A DNA stretch of 64,000 nt from Candidatus Dormiibacterota bacterium. GTDB taxonomy: Bacteria > Chloroflexota > Dormibacteria > CF-121. The notes below the pieces were generated by a model that was not told where the DNA came from, made no database searches, and saw only the letters and a list, made by a program, of their open reading frames with translations. Shown here one piece after another: positions 8,348 through 17,426 of this stretch. Both the position numbers and the translations under genes were made by a program. The stretch covers positions 1,157-65,156 of the forward strand of contig DATEHI010000011.1 in NCBI GenBank assembly GCA_035279665.1. The letters are read 5' to 3'. Position 1 is the first letter of the stretch. Each line of letters opens with the position of its first letter.

Positions 8348-9344
8348 CGACCGGAATTACAACATCGCCATCATCGGTGGTGGCCCCGCGGGGCTGACCG
8401 CCGCCCTCTACGCGGGCCGCGCCCGGGACAAGACCGTCTTACTGGAGCGGGGTGCGCCGGGCGGCCAGCTGCTCAACACCGAAGCCATCGAGGACTATCC
8501 GGGTTTCGATCACATCAGCGGCCCGGAGCTCGCGCAGCGGATGGCCGACCAAGCCGTCAAGTTCGGGGTGGACCTCAAAACCGCCAACGTCACCGCCATT
8601 CGGCGGCATGGCGACAAGCGCCTGATCGAGACCGATGACGGCGAATATCTCGCGGACTACGTCATCCTCACTGCGGGCGGCGAGCCCAAGAAGCTCGGAA
8701 TCCCGGGTGAGAAGGAGTTTCAGGGTCGCGGTGTCTCGCAGTGTGCCGTCTGCGATGGCGCGTTCTTCAAAGAAGAGGAGGTCGCCGTCGTCGGCGGCGG
8801 CGACGCCGCACTCGAAGAGGGCGTCTTTCTCACCCGCTACGCGAAGAAGGTGTACATCATCCACCGGCGCGACCAGTTCCGCGCCCAAGCCATCCTGGTC
8901 GAGGCGGCGCGCAACAACCCGAAGGTCGAGCTGATCACCAACACGGTCGTCACCGAGGTCAAGGGCGACGACGGGCAGGTACAGGAGATCACCCTCAAGG
9001 ACATGAAAACCGGCGAGACCCGGCCGTTGAAAATAACCGGGCTGTTCGTCTTCATCGGCTTTCAACCGAATGTCCAGTTCTTTCATCATCGGGAGCATGT
9101 CGAGCACGATCCACTGGGATTCCTGATCACGGACACGACGATGCAGACCAGCCTTCCGGGGCTGTACGCCGCCGGCGACGTCCGCTCACAGCTGACGCGA
9201 CAGATCACGACTGCGGTTGGCGACGCCACGACGGCGGCGATCGATGCGGTCAAGAAACTGGAGGCGAAGAAGCACGAGCCCACGCCGGTCCCGGTCGACC
9301 TTTACGGGCCACCCGGCCGGATCTGGTCGGCAGCTAACCCGTAG
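8340..9344 (+). CDS. trxB: thioredoxin-disulfide reductase
   Basis: The protein has an IAIIGGGPAGLTAALYAGRA FAD site, a CAVC redox-active disulfide and a GGGDAALEEG NADPH site. An RBS gggag lies upstream of the ATG at 8340. Confidence 0.9.
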   Translation: MDNDRNYNIAIIGGGPAGLTAALYAGRARDKTVLLERGAPGGQLLNTEAIEDYPGFDHISGPELAQRMADQAVKFGVDLKTANVTAIRRHGDKRLIETDDGEYLADYVILTAGGEPKKLGIPGEKEFQGRGVSQCAVCDGAFFKEEEVAVVGGGDAALEEGVFLTRYAKKVYIIHRRDQFRAQAILVEAARNNPKVELITNTVVTEVKGDDGQVQEITLKDMKTGETRPLKITGLFVFIGFQPNVQFFHHREHVEHDPLGFLITDTTMQTSLPGLYAAGDVRSQLTRQITTAVGDATTAAIDAVKKLEAKKHEPTPVPVDLYGPPGRIWSAANP

Positions 9345-9363
9345 GCGACAACCGGGCGCGACA

Positions 9364-9408
9364 GGGACGACCCCCGACATCGACGAGGACGCCGACCTGC
9401 GGTTTTGG
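9364..9408. repeat. degenerate right-TIR-like fragment of the MITE-like family (GACGACCCCCGACATCGACGAGGACGCCGACCTGCGGTTTTGGAA)
   Basis: A diverged copy of the ...CCCCCGACATCGCCAAGGATGCC...GCGGTTTTGAAG module lies directly abutting copy D. Confidence 0.4.
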
Positions 9409-9596
9409 AAACCGTTGGTCGGCGTTGCTACATGCGTTGCTACAGAATGCATGATCCCGGGTAGACAGGTGTTAGCGGTCCTCGGCGAAAACTGACTGTC
9501 CGCAATGCGTGGTTCGAATTGAAAACTTGGCGGGGGCGCGACGGGAACGATCCGTCCCCCGACATCGCCAAGGATGCCGGGCAGCGGTTTTGAAGT
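9402..9596. repeat. MITE-like element copy D (~190 bp) with terminal inverted repeats TTGGAAACCGTTGGTCGGC ... GCCGGGCAGCGGTTTTGAAG
   Basis: The left end TTGGAAACCGTTGGTCGGCGTTGCTACATGCGTTGCTACA is the inverse complement of the right end. The internal part matches copy C at 14781..14969, and the right module is identical to copy C and nearly identical to copy A. Confidence 0.7.
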
Positions 9597-9740
9597 TCGA
9601 GTAACTTTCGTTTCAGTGCGTCCACAGCCGTCCATTCCGTGTTGTTGCGTATTCGAGCGGGAGGGGTCCTCGTGCTGAATTGTGTTGCTGCGTCCACAGA
9701 CGTCCACCGGCGTTGCTACATCCGCTGCTACACGCGTCGA
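9597..9740. repeat. second module of the repeat family (copy B right half: GTGCGTCCACAGCCGTCCATTCCGTGTTGTTGCG...GACGTCCACCGGCGTTGCTACATCCGCTGCTACA)
   Basis: It is near-identical to 6060..6195. Together with 9511..9596 it reproduces the arrangement of copy A. Confidence 0.65.
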
Positions 9741-9930
9741 CCTCAATCCGTGGGTCTGCTCGGGCTCTAACCCTCGCCTCTCGATTCCCTGTCGCTCGCG
9801 AACCTTCGATCTGTTCATCTGCACAGCTTTCAGAACGCCACGCTCCGACCCATACAAGATCCGGCCGCGTCCGCCTTGACAACCCCCTGCTGGCCGGCTA
9901 GTATTCAACTACTTAATTGAGGAGTTGAGG

Positions 9931-10638
9931 ATGGCCCACGAGCTGGTTCGCCCCACGGAAGGCGGTACGACGGTCAAGAGTGCCCTTTTCGATGAGTTCG
10001 CCCGGCTCGGCCAGGCCCTCGGCAACGGCCGACGACTGGAAATCCTGGATGTCCTGGCCAATGGGGAGCGGACGGTCGAGCGGCTGGCTTCCGAGACCGG
10101 TCTTTCTGTTGCCAACGCCAGCCAGCACTTGCAGGTGCTTCGCGCCGCGGGCCTCGTGCGGCGCCGTCGAGACGCGACCCGAATCTTCTATCAACTTAGC
10201 GATCCCGTTGTGTTCGACCTTTGGCGCAACCTCCGTTCGGTGGCGGCGCAGCGCCAAGCCGAAGTGGGTCAGCTTGCTGAGGCGTATCTTGGCGGCCGCG
10301 ATAGCTTAGAGCCAGTTACGCAGGCAGATCTGCTTCGTCGGTTGAAGCGGAAGGAAGACCTCGTCATCCTCGATGTGCGCCCGGCTGACGAATATGTCGC
10401 GGGCCACGTGCCGACCGCGGTCTCCGTCCCACTCGTTGAATTGCGGCGGCGCCTACGTGAGTTGCCCCGGGGGAAGGAAATCGTGGCGTACTGTCGCGGG
10501 CCCTATTGCGCCTTTGCCCACAGAGCAATTCGGGTCTTGCACCAGGCCGGGTTCAAGGCCAGGCGGCTCGAAGAGGGCCTCCCCGAATGGAAGGCGGCGG
10601 GGCTGCCCGTGGTAATCGGTAGCGCAAGGAGGGACTGA
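9931..10638 (+). CDS. ArsR-family HTH transcriptional regulator fused to a rhodanese domain (BigR/SqrR-like persulfide-responsive regulator type)
   Basis: RBS ggag at 9921 and ATG at 9931. The N-terminal winged HTH is LGNGRRLEILDVLANGERTVERLASETGLSVANASQHLQVLR. The C-terminal rhodanese loop is VAYCRGPYCAF. Confidence 0.8.
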   Translation: MAHELVRPTEGGTTVKSALFDEFARLGQALGNGRRLEILDVLANGERTVERLASETGLSVANASQHLQVLRAAGLVRRRRDATRIFYQLSDPVVFDLWRNLRSVAAQRQAEVGQLAEAYLGGRDSLEPVTQADLLRRLKRKEDLVILDVRPADEYVAGHVPTAVSVPLVELRRRLRELPRGKEIVAYCRGPYCAFAHRAIRVLHQAGFKARRLEEGLPEWKAAGLPVVIGSARRD

Positions 10639-10639
10639 C

Positions 10640-11377
10640 ATGGCAACAACGATCGCGCGGCCAGCTATCGACGTTAAATCGCTCGACCCATATGCCTTCC
10701 TGGCCGTACTCGGTAAGCGGGTCATTCATTCAGGCGGCCGCCGGTCCACCGAAGAGCTGTTCGCTCTCGCCAACCTCGATTCCAGTCAGCTGGTGCTGGA
10801 CGTGGGCTGCGGCGTCGGCACCACCACAATCGGCATGGCTCGCCGATTCGGCACGGAGGTCACCGCAGTCGACATCTCCCCCTTGATGCTCGAGGGCGCC
10901 CGCGCCAATGTGCGGCGCGCACCGGATAACTCGTTCGATCGGGTCATCGCGGAAGCGGTGACGATGTTCGTAGACAGGCCACGTGCCGCGGCCGAGGTCA
11001 CGCGCGTTTGCCCATCCGGTGGCATGGTGCTCGCCGCCGAGTTCCTGTGGCGCCAACCACCAAGCGACGAAGCCCGCGAGCTCTTCCTCGGGCAACTGTG
11101 TCCGGGCCTGCAATTCGACAACCTCGACGGATGGCTGCAGATCTACAGCCGAGCCGGCCTCACTGATCTACAAGTCCGTACCGGTCCTTTCGAGCTGATG
11201 ACGGCGCGGGGCTTCATCAATGACGAAGGGCTCGTCAACGCCATCGCCTGCATGGTCCTGGGCCTGTGGAAACCAGAGTGCGTCCGCAAGATGGCGTGGA
11301 TGATGCCGCGGCTTCGCAAAGCGGTTCCCTACCTCGGCTACGTGCTGGTGGCGGGCCGGAAACCGGCGGTTTCATGA
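10640..11377 (+). CDS. class I SAM-dependent methyltransferase
   Basis: The protein has the LDVGCGVGTTTIGMARRFGTEVTAVDISPLMLEGA motif I/post-I. An RBS ggaggg precedes it, and it is translationally coupled to its neighbours. Confidence 0.75.
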   Translation: MATTIARPAIDVKSLDPYAFLAVLGKRVIHSGGRRSTEELFALANLDSSQLVLDVGCGVGTTTIGMARRFGTEVTAVDISPLMLEGARANVRRAPDNSFDRVIAEAVTMFVDRPRAAAEVTRVCPSGGMVLAAEFLWRQPPSDEARELFLGQLCPGLQFDNLDGWLQIYSRAGLTDLQVRTGPFELMTARGFINDEGLVNAIACMVLGLWKPECVRKMAWMMPRLRKAVPYLGYVLVAGRKPAVS

Positions 11378-12753
11378 ACCGGACCACCGCGACCCAGCGA
11401 GTCGAGATTGTCCCCATACTCGACGAGGGTCTGGGAAACCAGTCCTACGTGGTGGCGCTCGGCGATGGCCGCGCCCTCGTGATCGACCCAAGCCGCGACC
11501 CTCTTCCATATTTCGAGATCGCGGATCGCCGGAGTCTGCAGATTGCCTACGCGGCAGAAACGCATCTGCATGCCGATTTCATATCCGGCAGCCGTGAACT
11601 TGCCGCGCGGGGAGCTACCATCCTGGCCCCGGCGGCCGCCGAATTGCAGGCGGCCCATCGAGGCCTCAAGAATGGTGACGAGGTCGACCTCGGTGCCGGA
11701 TTGCGGCTGCGCGCACTGGCCACGCCCGGGCATACCCCCGAGCACCTGTCCTATCTATTGCTTGACGGCGACAATCCACTCGCCCTCTTCAGCGGCGGGG
11801 CCTTGATCCCTGGCGGCGCTGCACGAACCGATCTGATCGAGCCCAGGCAGACCGAGCCATTAGCTCGAGCACTGCATCAGGCGGTCAGGCGGCAACTCGC
11901 CGGACTGCCCGATGCGCTGTCGGTCTATCCCACACATGGCGGAGGCTCCTTCTGTTCCGCCGGCATCGGCGGTGACCGGACGACGACCCTGGGCCGCGAA
12001 CGGCTGATGAATCCGCTCCTGAAAACCGAAAACGAGGACGCGTTCGTCCGCGCGTTCCTCGGCGGGCTCGGCACCTATCCTTCGTACTTCCGCAGGCTTC
12101 GGGCGGTCAATCGTCAAGGGGCCCGCCTCTACGGACCCAGGCTGCCCGAACTCGCCCGCATGTCGGTGGATGCGGTTCGCCATGGGCTCGACACGGCCGC
12201 GACCCTGATCGATACCCGACCATACCCTGAATTCGCGTCCGGCCAGGTCCCCGGCGCCCTATCGATCGCGCTTCGTCCGGCTTTTGCCTCATGGCTGGGC
12301 TGGATCGTCCCGGCGGACCGCACGCTCATCTTCGTGATGGGTCCCGAACAGGACCGCCGCGATCTGGTCAGCCAGTGCCTCAAAGTTGGTTACGAGAAGT
12401 TCCTGGGTGAACTCGACGGCGGCATGGTCGCCTGGCGCGCGGCCGGGTTGCCGGAACGGACCGTGACGCTTCGAGACGTCAGCGACGACCTAGACCCGAC
12501 CGTTCTTGATGTTCGCCAGCAAAACGAGTGGGACGCGGGGCGCCTTCCGGGGGCCCGGCACATCGAATTGGGTTCGATTCGAGACGCGAACGGGTTGATC
12601 CCGTCCGGTCCGCTGACGATCTACTGTCGGCATGGCGACCGAGCCATGACCGCAGCAAGTCTGCTCGAGGCAACCGGACATCGCACTCTGGCCGTGCTAG
12701 CCGGCGGCTTCCAGGCCTGGTCCGTCGCTGGGAGGCCAGTCACGCTGGATTGA
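11374..12753 (+). CDS. MBL-fold persulfide dioxygenase-like hydrolase fused to two rhodanese domains (CstB/Blh-like)
   Basis: The metallo-beta-lactamase fold shows in ETHLHADFISG and LATPGHTPEHLSY. The C-terminal rhodanese has the active-site loop TIYCRHGDRAMTAA. Its start overlaps the methyltransferase stop. Confidence 0.75.
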   Translation: MNRTTATQRVEIVPILDEGLGNQSYVVALGDGRALVIDPSRDPLPYFEIADRRSLQIAYAAETHLHADFISGSRELAARGATILAPAAAELQAAHRGLKNGDEVDLGAGLRLRALATPGHTPEHLSYLLLDGDNPLALFSGGALIPGGAARTDLIEPRQTEPLARALHQAVRRQLAGLPDALSVYPTHGGGSFCSAGIGGDRTTTLGRERLMNPLLKTENEDAFVRAFLGGLGTYPSYFRRLRAVNRQGARLYGPRLPELARMSVDAVRHGLDTAATLIDTRPYPEFASGQVPGALSIALRPAFASWLGWIVPADRTLIFVMGPEQDRRDLVSQCLKVGYEKFLGELDGGMVAWRAAGLPERTVTLRDVSDDLDPTVLDVRQQNEWDAGRLPGARHIELGSIRDANGLIPSGPLTIYCRHGDRAMTAASLLEATGHRTLAVLAGGFQAWSVAGRPVTLD

Positions 12754-14060
12754 TGACCTCCCTGCGCGGAAGCGGCGCCGTGCGCCTCGGCCTCCGAGCG
12801 AACCTGCCGCAGTTCAGCCTGCTCGTCGGGGTCAATGCCCTGGTGGGTGGGATGGTCGGTCAGGAACGAACGATCCTGCCGCTGATGGCGACGAAGGTCT
12901 TCGGTTTGACAGCGGTGACCGCCGCGCTGACCTTCATCGTCGCGTTCGGTCTGACCAAGGCGATCAGTAACTTCTTTGCCGGCACGCTCTCCGATCGCTT
13001 TGGCCGCAAACCGGTCTTGCTTGCAGGCTGGTTGATCGGCCTGCCGGTTCCACTCCTGCTGATCTGGGCGCCCACCTGGGCATTTGTGATTCTGGCCAAT
13101 GTCCTCTTGGGGATAAACCAGGGCCTTACCTGGTCGACGACCGTGAACATGAAGATCGATCTGGTCGGACCCGCCCGGCGTGGTTTGGCGATGGGATTGA
13201 ATGAAGCGGCTGGCTACGGCGCCGTTGCCGTGACCGCCTACCTGACCGGCTTCATCGCGCAACATGCGGGCCTTCGGCCGCAGCCCTTCTTTCTTGGTGC
13301 GGCCTACGCGGGCGCGGGCCTCGGGCTATCTGTCTTGCTTGTACGGGAAACGCGTGGCCATGCCCATCTCGAGGCCGCAACGACCCGGAACGCGCTGGTC
13401 GCGCAGGCCAAAACGCGCGAGGTCTTCGTCCAGACCAGCTTTCGACAGCCTGCACTGTCCGCCATCTGCATCGGGGGGCTGACGAACAATCTGAACGACG
13501 GAATGGCCTGGGGACTCTTCCCGCTGTTCTTTGCCGCACACGGTCTTTCGGTCGCCTCGATCGGCATCCTCGTCGCCTTGTATCCGCTGATCTGGGCGGT
13601 TGGCCAGCTATTCACAGGTGCTCTCTCGGATTGGACGGGACGAAAGGTCCTCGTTGTTGGCGGCCTTGGTCTGCAGGCCTTGTCGCTGGGGCTCATCGCC
13701 GCCGGCCAGTCCTTTGCCATCTGGGCCGTCGGTGCCATCGGTTTGGGTCTCGGGACGGCCATGGTCTATCCCACCCTGCTGGCTGCGGTCGGCGATGTGG
13801 CCCATCCCGAATGGCGCGCATCGGCGGTTGGGATCTACCGGCTCTGGCGCGACGCGGGATTCGTTGTGGGCGCTCTTCTCTCCGGAGCGGTGGCCGACAT
13901 CTTCGGCCTCGGCGCCGCGATCTGGGCTGTGGCGGCGGTCACGGCTGCTGGTGCGGCTGTCGTTACCGCCCGTATGTACGAGACCCACCCACGCTCCGCA
14001 ACGGCAGACGCCGTTCCCAGACGAGCCCGCTCCATCGCCGGGGGACCGACGGCAAAATGA
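12753..14060 (+). CDS. MFS transporter
   Basis: The protein has 12 predicted TM helices with the MFS loop motif GTLSDRFGRKPVLL and its repeat GALSDWTGRKVL. Its ATG overlaps the upstream stop (TGATGA). Confidence 0.8.
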   Translation: MTSLRGSGAVRLGLRANLPQFSLLVGVNALVGGMVGQERTILPLMATKVFGLTAVTAALTFIVAFGLTKAISNFFAGTLSDRFGRKPVLLAGWLIGLPVPLLLIWAPTWAFVILANVLLGINQGLTWSTTVNMKIDLVGPARRGLAMGLNEAAGYGAVAVTAYLTGFIAQHAGLRPQPFFLGAAYAGAGLGLSVLLVRETRGHAHLEAATTRNALVAQAKTREVFVQTSFRQPALSAICIGGLTNNLNDGMAWGLFPLFFAAHGLSVASIGILVALYPLIWAVGQLFTGALSDWTGRKVLVVGGLGLQALSLGLIAAGQSFAIWAVGAIGLGLGTAMVYPTLLAAVGDVAHPEWRASAVGIYRLWRDAGFVVGALLSGAVADIFGLGAAIWAVAAVTAAGAAVVTARMYETHPRSATADAVPRRARSIAGGPTAK

Positions 14061-14692
14061 TCGCTCCCTCCACGATCGAAACCAGCATCCTCCTGCTGGC
14101 TGACATATCCGGCTATACGAGTTTCCTGGAGGCGGTGCAAGAGGCCCATCCTGAGATGACACAACCCGGCGGCAGCGCGGCGCCGGCCTACCAGATCGTC
14201 AGTAGTCTGCTGGAAACCGTGATGACGCACATCGCACCGAGCTTCTCCCTGCTGCAGGTCGAAGGGGATGCGCTGTTCGCACGCGGTCCGGACCGTCAGT
14301 TATCCGGCAATGGCACCGCGCTTGTCACCCTGGTGCGGTCAGCGTACCAGGCATTTCGGCAGCAGCTTGGGCGGGGCATGGATCAGTTCAGGCACAACTG
14401 TCAAGCCTGCATGATCCTGCCCTCGCTCGACCTCAAATTCATTGCTCATCGCGGCATCGCCATCCAACACCGAATTGCTGGCCGCGATGTGTTGGCCGGA
14501 GCAGCCGTCAATGTCGCCCATCGTCTGTTAAAGAACTCCATTTCTGCCCGAACCGGCCTGCGCGCGTATTGCTTTGTGACTGATGCGGCGGCCGAGTCAT
14601 TGGGATTAGCCGCTATCCTCGGCCAACCATACGTCGAGGATTATCCCGATATAGGCCGCATCTCCGGCCTCTTGATCGCGCTTCAGCCTTAA
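14057..14692 (+). CDS. hypothetical protein with a nucleotidyl-cyclase-like N-terminal motif (LLADISGYTSFL)
   Basis: 211 aa. It overlaps the MFS stop and is the last gene of the operon. The motif resembles class III cyclase LF.DI.G.T, but the rest is unassigned. Confidence 0.45.
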   Translation: MIAPSTIETSILLLADISGYTSFLEAVQEAHPEMTQPGGSAAPAYQIVSSLLETVMTHIAPSFSLLQVEGDALFARGPDRQLSGNGTALVTLVRSAYQAFRQQLGRGMDQFRHNCQACMILPSLDLKFIAHRGIAIQHRIAGRDVLAGAAVNVAHRLLKNSISARTGLRAYCFVTDAAAESLGLAAILGQPYVEDYPDIGRISGLLIALQP

Positions 14693-14780
14693 ACCCTCTG
14701 ACAGCACGCCGGTGACCTGGTCCCGCTGAGCTGCGTTATCAGCTACCCGTGATCGGAGCTGAGTTCAACTGCCGTCGATT

Positions 14781-14969
14781 TTGCAAACCGTTGGTCGGCG
14801 TTGCTACATGCGTTGCTACCGAACGCATGTTCCATGGGAGTCAGACGTTAGCGCTCGTTGGCGATAATCGACCGTCTCCGATATCCAATTCGAATCTAAA
14901 ATGGCGGGGGCGCGACGGGAACGATCCGTCCCCCGACATCGCCAAGGATGCCGGGCAGCGGTTTTGAAG
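14781..14969. repeat. MITE-like element copy C (~190 bp) with TIRs TTGCAAACCGTTGGTCGGC ... GCCGGGCAGCGGTTTTGAAG
   Basis: It shares the same ends and internal core (..TTAGCG.TC.T.GGCGA.AA..GAC..) as copy D at 9402..9596. It lies between the sulfide operon and trxA. Confidence 0.7.
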
Positions 14970-15015
14970 ACCGTGGAGCCCACCTGAGCCCATGCACCCC
15001 CGTGCCCGACGAAGG

Positions 15016-15345
15016 TTATAGGACGGCGTCGATCTTCTGTTTGAGGTAAGCCTTGGCTTTGTAGCCCACGATCCGTTCCGCGGGCTTACCGCCGCGGAAC
15101 AGAATCAGGGATGGGATGCTGAGGACGCCAAACTTCGAGGCAGTGACGGGGTTCGCATCCACATCCAGCTCGGCGACCACGACGCGACCCTCGTACTCGG
15201 TGGCGAGCTCTTCCACTAGCGGCTTCAGCATCTTGCAGGGGGCGCACCAGGTCGCCCAGAAATCGAGCAGGACGAGGTGCGGCGAGGCCGCGACGGTGCT
15301 TTCGAAATTCTGATCGGTGACCTGGACGATGTTCTTGGTCGTCAT
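15016..15345 (-). CDS. trxA: thioredoxin
   Basis: 109 aa with the WCAPCK active site. Confidence 0.9.
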   Translation of the reverse strand: MTTKNIVQVTDQNFESTVAASPHLVLLDFWATWCAPCKMLKPLVEELATEYEGRVVVAELDVDANPVTASKFGVLSIPSLILFRGGKPAERIVGYKAKAYLKQKIDAVL

Positions 15346-15683
15346 GCGGCTCCTTCTTCGGTACTGGTTTTCTGATCGGTCTGAGCAGGCGGCGGTGGGG
15401 CTGGTTTTGAGCCGCCGGCATCCGGCGTGGTTTTGGTCTTGGTGTCCGACTCGGTTTTGGTGTCTATCTTGGGCGCGTCCGCCGGGGTGACGCTGCCGTC
15501 GCTGCTCGCGCCTCGCGAATCCGTCTTGTAAAAGCCGCCCCCCTTGAAGATGATGCCCACGGGGTAGAAGACGCGGGTCACCCGCGCGCCGCATTGCGGG
15601 CAGACCGTGAGGGGCGGTTCGGTGATGCGCTGCTGGACCTCGAAGCGGTGACCGTTGGTGCAGCGGTATCCATAGACGGGCAT
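15342..15683 (-). CDS. FmdB-family zinc-ribbon protein with a T/K/D/P-rich C-terminal tail
   Basis: The protein begins MPVYGYRCTNGHRFEVQQRITEPPLTVCPQCGA (CxxGH...CPxCG). It overlaps the trxA start. Confidence 0.7.
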   Translation of the reverse strand: MPVYGYRCTNGHRFEVQQRITEPPLTVCPQCGARVTRVFYPVGIIFKGGGFYKTDSRGASSDGSVTPADAPKIDTKTESDTKTKTTPDAGGSKPAPPPPAQTDQKTSTEEGAA

Positions 15684-15743
15684 TCTCGACTTAACTTATA
15701 CCCGGTTTGCCGCTTCGAGAAAACGCTGAGCCCCTGCCGCCGG

Positions 15744-16094
15744 TCAGTTGATCCAGAGCTTGCTTTTGGGCCGTGGTTCCTCGACCGCCGGATCGGTGAA
15801 GTCTCCGGGCTGCAGCAGGCCGCTCTGCATCATTTCCGCCACCCGGTCGAAAAAGGCCTCGTCGGGGCTGGCGGACTCGATGGCGGCCCCGCCCGGCCCT
15901 TCCGCGAGGAACCGTTGGACGGCGGCGCAGATTAGCTCGCTGCGACTTTGCGGGGAAGCCGCCGTGACCCGGTTGAGCGCATCGACCAGGGGGTCCGGCA
16001 TGTAGATCACGATGCGCTTGGCGCCCACTAGCCCAGCATAGTAGCCAAGGCTCCTGGCGCGGGCAAGCCAAACCGGCTCACGAAAATGAAACAA
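15744..16094 (-). CDS. ribbon-helix-helix (CopG/Arc-like) domain protein
   Basis: An internal start at MPDPLVDALNRVTAASPQSRSELICAAVQRFL gives a typical RHH beta-strand plus two helices. The first 31 aa of the ORF may not be translated. Confidence 0.45.
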   Translation of the reverse strand: MFHFREPVWLARARSLGYYAGLVGAKRIVIYMPDPLVDALNRVTAASPQSRSELICAAVQRFLAEGPGGAAIESASPDEAFFDRVAEMMQSGLLQPGDFTDPAVEEPRPKSKLWIN

Positions 16095-16125
16095 AGCAAC
16101 CGATCAAATGCACCGCCCAGCCGGG

Positions 16126-17421
16126 CTAGACGGGGCCGATCCGGATGTCTGCCGCGAGCGGGTTGAAGACGATTCCGGAGGCAGGCTTGGGGAAAAAGTA
16201 CGTCGATTTCTGGGGCATCACCTGGCCCGCTCGAGCGGCCTCGACCACGTCGGAAACAGCGGGGGGCCGCAGCAGGAAGGCGGCCTGGCCAGCTCCCGTC
16301 TCGACCCGATCGAGGACGGCGCCGACATCCCGCGAATAGCTGAGGTACCGCTCCGCCTCCAGCTCAGCCGGCTGCAGGCCGAGTTCCCGTTGCAGGATTT
16401 CCTTGTGGAGGACGGAAACGTCGAGCCGGGAGGCCGGGTCCTCGGCACCCCCGCGCTCGACGTCCACCGTGACGAAGCGGGTTGGGGTGAGAGCGATGCC
16501 GATCCGGTGGCCTGCGGTGGGCTCTTGCATCGCCGCCAGCAGGGCCGCACGGTTGGGGCGCGGGGTCACTCGATGTCGGCTGGCGAGCCTGCTGACCAGC
16601 GCTGCGTCGAACCGCTCGAAGTCGTGCAACAGCCGATGGGTGGGCAGGATCGTCAGGCCGGGGTCCGCCACATCGACAAGCAGCATCAGCACGAAGTTGA
16701 AGGCGGCATCAGGCGACGCTTCGGGATGGTCCTGCCGCTGCTTGTTTCGAAAGTTCAGGGCGGTCTCATACCGATGATGGCCGTCGGCAATGTAGAGCCG
16801 CGAGGCGCGGAAGACCTCGGCAAGGTCGTGGAACTGCTTCGCGCCGCTTATCGACCAGAGGGTGTGATGATCGCCGTCTTCACCGGTGATCGACAGCCTA
16901 GGCGGCATGGCGATGGCGGGGTCGATGATCGGACCTACCGCCGACGCTGGATCCTCGTGGAGGGCGAAGACCGGACTCAGGTTCGCCACCACTGCGCGCG
17001 TCAGCGACAGCCGGTCCGCCTTGGCGCGCGCGTGCGTTTGCTCGTGAGGCAGCACGCCGGTGCCAAATGGTTCGAGCTCGACGACCCCCAGGAGGCCTCG
17101 CCGGACGCGTTCCTGACCGTTGATCGGGTCGACGAATTGGTGCCTGTAGACATAGAGACCTGGATGCGCTTCCCGGCGCAAGATGCCGTCCGCCAACCAT
17201 TGCTGGAAGAAGCCGGCGGCACGCGTGTACTTGTTGTCATCCGAGGTGTCGGTCGGATGCACCTCGCCCGCGATCAGGCGCACGACGTTGTGCGGATCCT
17301 GCCGGTAGTAGCGCCGCTGGTCCGCCGGGCTGATGACGTCATACGGCGGCGCCACCACCTGGGATAGATCGACCCGCTTCGGGTCGTAGAGAATCCCCTG
17401 GAACGGCCGAACGGTCGCCAC
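16126..17421 (-). CDS. DUF1015 family protein
   Basis: 431 aa with conserved DUF1015 blocks (LYIADGHHRYETAL). It sits in the well-known genomic association with serA and a class V aminotransferase. Confidence 0.8.
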   Translation of the reverse strand: MATVRPFQGILYDPKRVDLSQVVAPPYDVISPADQRRYYRQDPHNVVRLIAGEVHPTDTSDDNKYTRAAGFFQQWLADGILRREAHPGLYVYRHQFVDPINGQERVRRGLLGVVELEPFGTGVLPHEQTHARAKADRLSLTRAVVANLSPVFALHEDPASAVGPIIDPAIAMPPRLSITGEDGDHHTLWSISGAKQFHDLAEVFRASRLYIADGHHRYETALNFRNKQRQDHPEASPDAAFNFVLMLLVDVADPGLTILPTHRLLHDFERFDAALVSRLASRHRVTPRPNRAALLAAMQEPTAGHRIGIALTPTRFVTVDVERGGAEDPASRLDVSVLHKEILQRELGLQPAELEAERYLSYSRDVGAVLDRVETGAGQAAFLLRPPAVSDVVEAARAGQVMPQKSTYFFPKPASGIVFNPLAADIRIGPV

Positions 17422-17426
17422 GAGGC

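Noticed and set aside
9186-9908. 240-aa minus-strand ORF, and the smaller ORFs 5938..6153, 5942..6163, 9440..9697, 9217..9495 and 14749..14967
   Set aside because: They are translations of the MITE-like repeat copies. Their similarity to each other comes from DNA repetition. They have no RBS and low-complexity content.
5963-14969. Integron attC-site interpretation of the inverted-repeat elements
   Set aside because: They have no GTTRRRY core or inverse-core pairing. The blocks between copies contain multi-gene operons in both orientations with their own promoters, and there is no intI.
16108-17367. 419-aa plus-strand ORF
   Set aside because: It is antisense to the conserved DUF1015 gene and has no recognisable motifs.
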